The notes beneath the pieces are model-generated. The model saw only the letters and a program-made list of their open reading frames with translations, was not told the origin of the DNA and searched no databases. A DNA stretch of 64,000 nucleotides from the human T2T-CHM13v2.0 reference genome, Homo sapiens. Positions 57,049-64,000 of the stretch are shown here, piece by piece. The translations under genes were made by a program, and so were the position numbers. The DNA is taken from NCBI RefSeq assembly GCF_009914755.1, contig NC_060948.1; one strand, written 5' to 3'. Position 1 is the stretch's first letter, and each line of letters begins with the position of its first letter.

Positions 57049-60000
57049 TTGAATGGAATAGAACAGAATGGAATCAAATCGAATGAAATGGAGTGGAATA
57101 GAAAGGAATGGAATGAAATGGAATGGAAAGGATTCGAATGGAATGCAATCGAATGGAATGGAATCGAACGGAATGGAATAAAATGGAAGAAAACTGGCAA
57201 GAAATGGAATCGAAATGAATGGAGTGTTATGGAACGGACTCAAAAGGAATTGAATGTAATAGAATGGAGTGGAGTGGACTCGAATATAATGGACTGGAAT
57301 GGAATGAAATCACATGGAATGGGAACGAATGGAATGGAATGGAAAGGAATGGAATCGAATGGAAAGGAATCGAATGGAAGGGAATGAAATTGAATCAACA
57401 GGAATGGAAGGGAATAGAATAGACGGTAATGGAATGGACTCGAATAGAATGGACACGAATGCTGAAATTGAATGGACTCGAATGGAATGGAAACGAAAGG
57501 AATGTCATCGAATGGAATTGAATCGATTGGAATGAAATCGCATAGAATGGAGTGGAATCAAATGGAATTGAATCGAAAGGAAAGGAAGCGAATGGACTGA
57601 AATGAAATGGAATGGAATTGAATGGAAAGTAATGCAATGGAATAGAATGGAACGAAATTTCACGGAATGGAATCAAACTGAATGGAATCAAATCAATGGA
57701 ATCTAATCAAATGGAATGGAAAGGAATTGAATGGAGTAGATTGGATTGGATGGGATTGGAATGAAATGTACTGGAAAGGACTCGAATTTCATGAAACGGA
57801 ATGGAATGAATTGGAACGGAATGGACTCGAATGGAATGGAATGTCATGGAATGGCATCAAATGGAATGGCATCAAATGGAATGGAATCGAATGCAATGGA
57901 ATGTTATGGAATGGAATGGAATGCATTGGAATGGAATGTCCTCTAATGGAATGGATTCGAGTGGAATGGAATCGAATATAATGGAGTCGAATGAAATGGA
58001 ATTGAAAGGAATGGGATCGAATAGAATGGAATATACTGGAATGTAATGTAATGAACTCGAATGTAATTGACTGGAATGGAATGTACATGAATGGAAGGTA
58101 ATCGAATGGAAAGTAATCCAATGGAATAGAATCTAATGCAATAAAACCGACTCAGATAGTGTAGAATGTAATGGAATGGAGTGCAGTGCAATGGAATGGA
58201 ATGGAATTGAATGCAATGGAATGGAATGGAATGTTATGGAATGGAATGGAATGGATTGGAATGGGATGGAATGGTATGGAATGGATAGTAATGGACTGGA
58301 GTGAAATGGACTGGAAAGGAATGGACTCAAATTGAAAGGGCTCGAAAGGAATGGAGTCAAATGGAATAGTCTGGAATGGAATGAACACGAATGTAATGCA
58401 ATCCAATAGAATGTAATCGAATGGCATGGAATATAAAGAAATGGAATCGAAGAGAATGGAAACAAATGGAATGGAATTGAATGGAATGGAATTGAATGGA
58501 ATGGGAACGAATGGAGTGAAATTGTATGCAGTAGAAGAGAATAGAATGGAATGCAAGCGAAAGGAAAGGAATGGATTGGAATGGAATGGAATTCATTGGA
58601 ATGGAAGGGAATGTAGTGTAATGGACAGGCCTGGAATAAAGTGGAATGCTACGGTCTCGAATGGAATAAAAATGTATGGAATGGAATGCAATGAAAGGGA
58701 ATCGAATGTCATAGAATGTAATGGAATGCAACAAAATGGAATCCAAAATCATTGACTGGAAAGGCTGGGTGTCGAAAGGAATTGACTCCAATGGAATGGA
58801 ATCGAATGGAATGGAAGTGAATAGAATCGAACTAAATCGAATGGAATGGAATTGATAGGAACGGAATGGAGAGGAATGCAATGATTTGGCATGGAATGCA
58901 ATCGAATGGCATCGAATGGAATGGAATGGAATGCAATGGAATGGAATGTATTAGAATGTAATGAACTTTAATGGAATGTACTCGAATGGATTCGACTGGA
59001 ATGGAATGTTCTGGAAGTGAATGGACTCCAATGGAATGGATTCCAAAGGAATGGAATCGTACGGAATGGAATCTAATGGAATGGAATTAAATGGAAATGA
59101 ATCTAATTGAATAGCACGGAATTGAATTGAATGGAATGGAATGCAATGGAATCTAATGAAATGGAAAGGAAAGGAATGGAATGGAATGGAATGGGCTGGA
59201 ATGGAAAGGAATCGAAACGAATGGAATGGAATCGAACTGAAGAGACTGGAATGGAATGCACTGGAATGGAAGGGAGTGTAATGGAAGGTTCTCGAAAAAA
59301 ATGGAATCGAATGGAATGGAATTGAATGGAACGGAATAGAGTCGAATGGAATTGAATGGAATGGAATGGACTAGAGTGAAATGGAATCGAACCACAAGGA
59401 ATGGACAGGAATAGAATGGTCTCGAATTGAATGGAATCGTATGGAATGGCATCAAACGGAATGGAATGGACAGCCACGGAATGGAATGCACTCGAATGCA
59501 ATGGAGTCGAAACTAATGGACTGGAATAGAATGGACTCGACTGGTACGGACTCCAATGGAATGGAATCGAATGGAAGGGAATCGAACGGAATGGACTCAA
59601 AGGGAAAAGACTGCAATGGAAAGGTCTCGAATGGAATGGAAATTAATGGAATGGAATGGAATCGAATGAAATGGAGTCAAAAGGAATGGAATCGAATGGC
59701 AAGAAATCGAATGTAATGGAATCGCAAGGAATTGATGTGAACGGAACGGAATGGAATGGAATCCAAAGGAATGGAATAGAATGGAATGGAATCGAATGGA
59801 AAGGACTCGAATGGAAATCACTCGAATAGAATGCAATTTAATAAAATAGGATCAAATGTAATGGAATGGAATGGAAAGGAATCGAAACGAAAGGAATGGA
59901 GACAGATGGAATGGAATGGAACAGAGAGCAATGGTATAGAATGGAATGGAATCATCTGGAATGGAATTGAATGGAATGGAATAATATGAAATGGAATGGA

Positions 60001-60617
60001 ATGGAATGGAATGGAATTCCCTTGAATTAAATGGACTGGAATGGAATGGACTCGAACAGAGTGGAATGGAAAGTGTTGAGATAGAATGGAATGGACTCGT
60101 TTGGAATGGTCTAGTATGCAATGCAATCGACTGGCAGGGAATCAAAAGGAATGTAATGGAATGGATTGGACTGGAATGCAATGGACTCGAATAGATTGGA
60201 AACGGAATGCAAAGGAATGGAATGGAATAGAATGGAATGGAATGGAAAGGAATGGAGTGGAATAGACTAGAGTGGAATGGAATGGACTGGAAAGCAATAG
60301 ACTGGAATGGAACTTTCTTGAATGGACTGGAATCAAACGGAATGGAATGCAATGCAATCAAATGGCATGGAATAAAATAGAATGAAAGAGAATCAAATGG
60401 AATTGAATCGAATGGAATCGAATGGATTGGAAAGGAATAGAATGGAATGGAATGGAATTGACTCAAATGGAATGGACTAGAATGGAATGGATTCGAATGG
60501 AAGGCAAAGGAATGGAATCTATTGGAATGGACTGTAATGGAATGGAATGGAAGGGATTGGAATGGACTCGAATGGAATGGACTGCAATAGAAAGGATTCG
60601 AATGGAATGAAAAAGAA
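57049..60617 (+). repeat. DYZ1-type unit U17 (3,569 bp), copy of U11
   Basis: Same private SNVs as U11 at +21,339. Extra GAATTC at 60014-60019. Confidence 0.9.
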
Positions 60618-63600
60618 TTGAATGGAATAGAACAGAATGGAATCAAATCGAATGAAATGGAATGGAATAGAAAGGAATGGAATGAAATGGAATGGAAAGG
60701 ATTCGAATGGAATGCAATCGAATGGAATGGAATCGAACGGAATGGAATAAAATGGAAGAAAACTGGCAAGAAATGGAATCGAAATGAATGGAGTGTTATG
60801 GAACGGACTCAAAAGGAATTGAATGTAATAGAATGGAGTGGAGTGGACTCGAATATAATGGACTGGAATGGAATGAAATCACATGGAATGGGAACGAATG
60901 GAATGGAATGGAAAGGAATGGAATCGAATGGAAAGGAATCGAATGGAAGGGAATGAAATTGAATCAACAGGAATGGAAGGGAATAGAATAGACGGTAATG
61001 GAATGGACTCGAATAGAATGGACACGAATGCTCAAATTGAATGGACTCGAATGGAATGGAAACGAAAGGAATGTCATCGAATGGAATTGAATCGATTGGA
61101 ATGAAATCGCATAGAATGGAGTGGAATCAAATGGAATTGAATCGAAAGGAAAGGAAGCGAATGGACTGAAATGAAATGGAATGGAATTGAATGGAAAGTA
61201 ATGCAATGGAATAGAATGGAACGAAATTTCACGGAATGGAATCAAACTGAATGGAATCAAATCAATGGAATCAAATCAAATGGAATGGAAAGGAATTGAA
61301 TGGAGTAGATTGGATTGGATGGGATTGGAATGAAATGTACTGGAAAGGACTCGAATTTCATGAAACGGAATGGAATGAATTGGAACGGAATGGACTCGAA
61401 TGGAATGGAATGTCATGGAATGGCATCAAATGGAATGGCATCAAATGGAATGGAATCGAATGCAATGGAATGCTATGGAATGGAATGGAATGCATTGGAA
61501 TGGAATGTCCTCTAATGGAATGGATTCGAGTGGAATGGAATCGAATATAATGGAGTCGAATGAAATGGAATTGAAAAGAATGGGATCGAATACAATGGAA
61601 TATACTGGAATGTAATGTAATGAACTCGAATGTAATTGACTGGAATGGAATGTACATGAATGGAATGTAATCGAATGGAAAGTAATCCAATGGAATAGAA
61701 ACTAATGCAATAAAATCGACTCAAATAGAGTAGAATGTAATGGAATGGAGTGCAGTGCAATGGAATGGAATGGAATGGAATGCAATGGAATGGAATGGAA
61801 TGGAATGGAATGGGATGGAATGGTGTGGAATGGATAGTAATGGACTGGTGTGAAATGGACTGGAAAGGAATGGACTCAAATTGAAAGGGCTCGAAAGGAA
61901 TGGAGTCAAATGGAATGGTCTGGAATGGAATGAACACGAATGTAATGCAATCCAATAGAATGGAATCGAATGGCATGGAATATAAAGAAATGGAATCGAA
62001 GAGAATGGAAACAAATGGAATGGAATTGAATGGAATGGAATTGAATGGAATGGGAAGGAATGGAGTGAAATTGTATGCAGTAGAAGAGAATAGAATGGAA
62101 TGCAAGTGAAAGGAAAGGAATGGATTGGAATGGAATGGAATTCATTGGAATGGAAGGGAATGTAGTGTAATGGACAGGCCTGGAATAAAGTGGAATGCTA
62201 CGGTCTCGAATGGAATAAAAATGTATGGAATGGAATGCAATGAAACGGAATCGAATGTCATAGAATGTAATGGAATGCAACAAAATGGAATCCAAAATCA
62301 TTGACTGGAAAGGCTGGGTGTCGAAAGGAATTGACTCCAATGGAATGGAATCGAATGGAATGGAAGTGAATAGAATCGAACTAAATCGAATGGAAAGGAA
62401 TTGATAGGAACGGAATGGAAAGGAATGCAATGATTTGGCATGGAATGGAATCGAATGGCATCGAATGGAATGGAATGGAATGCAATGGAATGGAATGTAT
62501 TAGAATGTAATGAACTTTAATGGAATGTACTCGAATGGATTCGACTGGAATGGAATGTTCTGGAAGTGAATGGACTCCAATGGAATGGATTCAAAAGGAA
62601 TGGAATCGTACGGAATGGAATCTAATGGAATGGAATTAAATGGAAATGAATCAAATTGAATAGCACGGAATTGAATTGAATGGAATGGAATGCAATGGAA
62701 TCTAATGAAACGGAAAGGAAAGGAATGGAATGGAATGGAATGGGCTGGAATGGAAAGGAATCGAAACGAATGGAATGGAATCGAACTGAAGAGACTGGAA
62801 TGGAATGCACTGGAATGGAAGGGAGTGTAATGGAAGGTTCTCGAAAAAAATGGAATCGAATGGAATGGAATTGAATGGAACGGAATAGAGTCGAATGGAA
62901 TTGAATGGAATGGAATGGACTAGAGTGAAATGGAATCGAACCACAAGGAATGGACAGGAATAGAATGGTCTCGAATTGAATGGAATCGTATGGAATGGCA
63001 TCAAACGGAATGGAATGGACAGCCACGGAATGGAATGCACTCGAATGCAATGGAGTCGAAACTAATGGACTGGAATAGAATGGACTCGACTGGTACGGAC
63101 TCCAATGGAATGGAATCGAATGGAAGGGAATCGAACGGAATGGACTCGAAGGGAAAAGACTGCAATGGAAAGGTCTCGAATGGAATGGAAATTAATGGAA
63201 TGGAATGGAATCGAATGAAATGGAGTCAAAAGGAATGGAATCGAATGGCAAGAAATCGAATGTAATGGAATCGCAAGGAATTGATGTGAACGGAACGGAA
63301 TGGAATGGAATCCAAAGGAATGGAATAGAATGGAATGGAATCGAATGGAAAGGACTCGAATGGAAATCACTCGAATAGAATGCAATTTAATAAAATAGGA
63401 TCAAATGTAATGGAATGGAATGGAAAGGAATCGAAACGAAAGGAATGGAGACAGATGGAATGGAATGGAACAGAGAGCAATGGTATAGAATGGAATGGAA
63501 TCATCTGGAATGGAATTGAATGGAATGGAATAATATGAAATGGAATGGAATGGAATGGAATGCCCTTGAATTAAATGGACTGGAATGGAATGGACTCGAA

Positions 63601-64000
63601 CAGAGTGGAATGGAAAGTGTTGAGATAGAATGGAATGGACTCGTTTGGAATGGTCTAGTAGGCAATGCAATCGACTGGCAGGGAATCAAAAGGAATGTAA
63701 TGGAATGGATTGGACTGGAATGCAATGGACTCGAATAGATTGGAAACGGAATGCAAAGGAATGGAATGGAATAGTATGGAATGGAATGGAAAGGAATGCA
63801 GTGGAATAGACTAGAGTGGAATGGAATGGACTGGAAAGCAATGGACTGGAATGGAACTTTCTTGAATGGACTGGAATCAAACGGAATGGAATGCAATGCA
63901 ATCAAATGGCATGGAATAAAATAGAATGAAAGAGAATCAAATGGAATTGAATCGAATGGAATCGAATGGATTGGAAAGGAATAGAATGGAATGGAATGGA
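60618..64000 (+). repeat. DYZ1-type unit U18 (truncated by window end), U13-like
   Basis: Same 20-bp and 5-bp deletions and 3' SNVs as U13. Confidence 0.9.

Larger units (their letters stand above)
1..64000 (+). repeat. DYZ1: Satellite III (HSat3) tandem array, DYZ1-type ~3.56 kb unit, ~18 copies, most likely human Yq12 heterochromatin
   Basis: Seen: continuous diverged (GGAAT)n. One landmark recurs at 120, 3664, 7218, 10787, 14346, 17915, 21474, 25043, 28582, 32141, 35710, 39279, 42823, 46367, 49921, 53480, 57049 and 60618. The conserved HaeIII/StuI site (AGGCCT) has GGCC at 1674, 5243, 8797, 12366, 15925, 19494, 23053, 26602, 30161, 33720, 37289, 40838, 44382, 47931, 51500, 55059, 58628 and 62177. 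Established: DYZ1 is the ~3.56 kb HaeIII/EcoRI (TTCCA)n repeat of Yq12. Confidence 0.93.

Noticed and set aside
1-64000. Hundreds of 60-313 aa ORFs as protein-coding genes
   Set aside because: They are low-complexity translations of (GGAAT)n/(ATTCC)n, which has no stop codon in any frame. They overlap in several frames on both strands, many start at non-ATG codons, they show no recognisable domain, and they are freely frameshifted by 5-bp indels.
1-64000. CRISPR-like or other repeat-spacer system
   Set aside because: There are no unique spacers, no constant 25-45 bp repeat and no associated genes. The periodicities are 5 bp, ~3.56 kb and multiples of it.
1-64000. Transposon insertion, DYZ2 (HSat1B/Alu) junction or inversion
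   Set aside because: Every landmark interval is 3,539-3,569 bp and the GGAAT strand never flips, leaving no room for foreign sequence.
1-64000. Assignment to HSat2, chr9 HSat3 or telomeric repeat
   Set aside because: Long GGAAT runs dominate rather than the HSat2 CATTCGATTC pattern, and there is no TTAGGG. The ~3.56 kb period with single HaeIII/EcoRI sites fits DYZ1 best, and I saw no 1.8 kb sub-period. A k-mer search would confirm this.

Overview
The whole 64 kb window is one uninterrupted, single-orientation array of diverged (GGAAT)n pentamer satellite (purine-rich strand on +), organised as ~18 head-to-tail copies of a 3,539-3,569 bp unit (modal 3,569 bp). Each unit has one conserved HaeIII/StuI site and usually one EcoRI site. 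Pentamer, unit size and site pattern match human Satellite III DYZ1 (HSat3) of Yq12 heterochromatin; this is recognition from known properties, not a database search. I found no credible protein-coding gene, RNA gene, transposon, DYZ2/Alu junction or inversion. The ORFs are by-products of the stop-free pentamer (MEWNG and FHSIP repeats). The most notable signal is three perfect, in-register heat-shock elements (nGAAnnTTCnnGAAn) per unit, 53 in the window. Unit variants also record the array's history: a 21,339 bp six-unit duplication, a 7,128 bp dimer alternation, chimeric units with narrow breakpoints, and indels only in multiples of 5 bp. Units U1-U18 are numbered from the landmark at 120, 3664, 7218 and so on. 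Variants were compared by eye, not by computed alignment.
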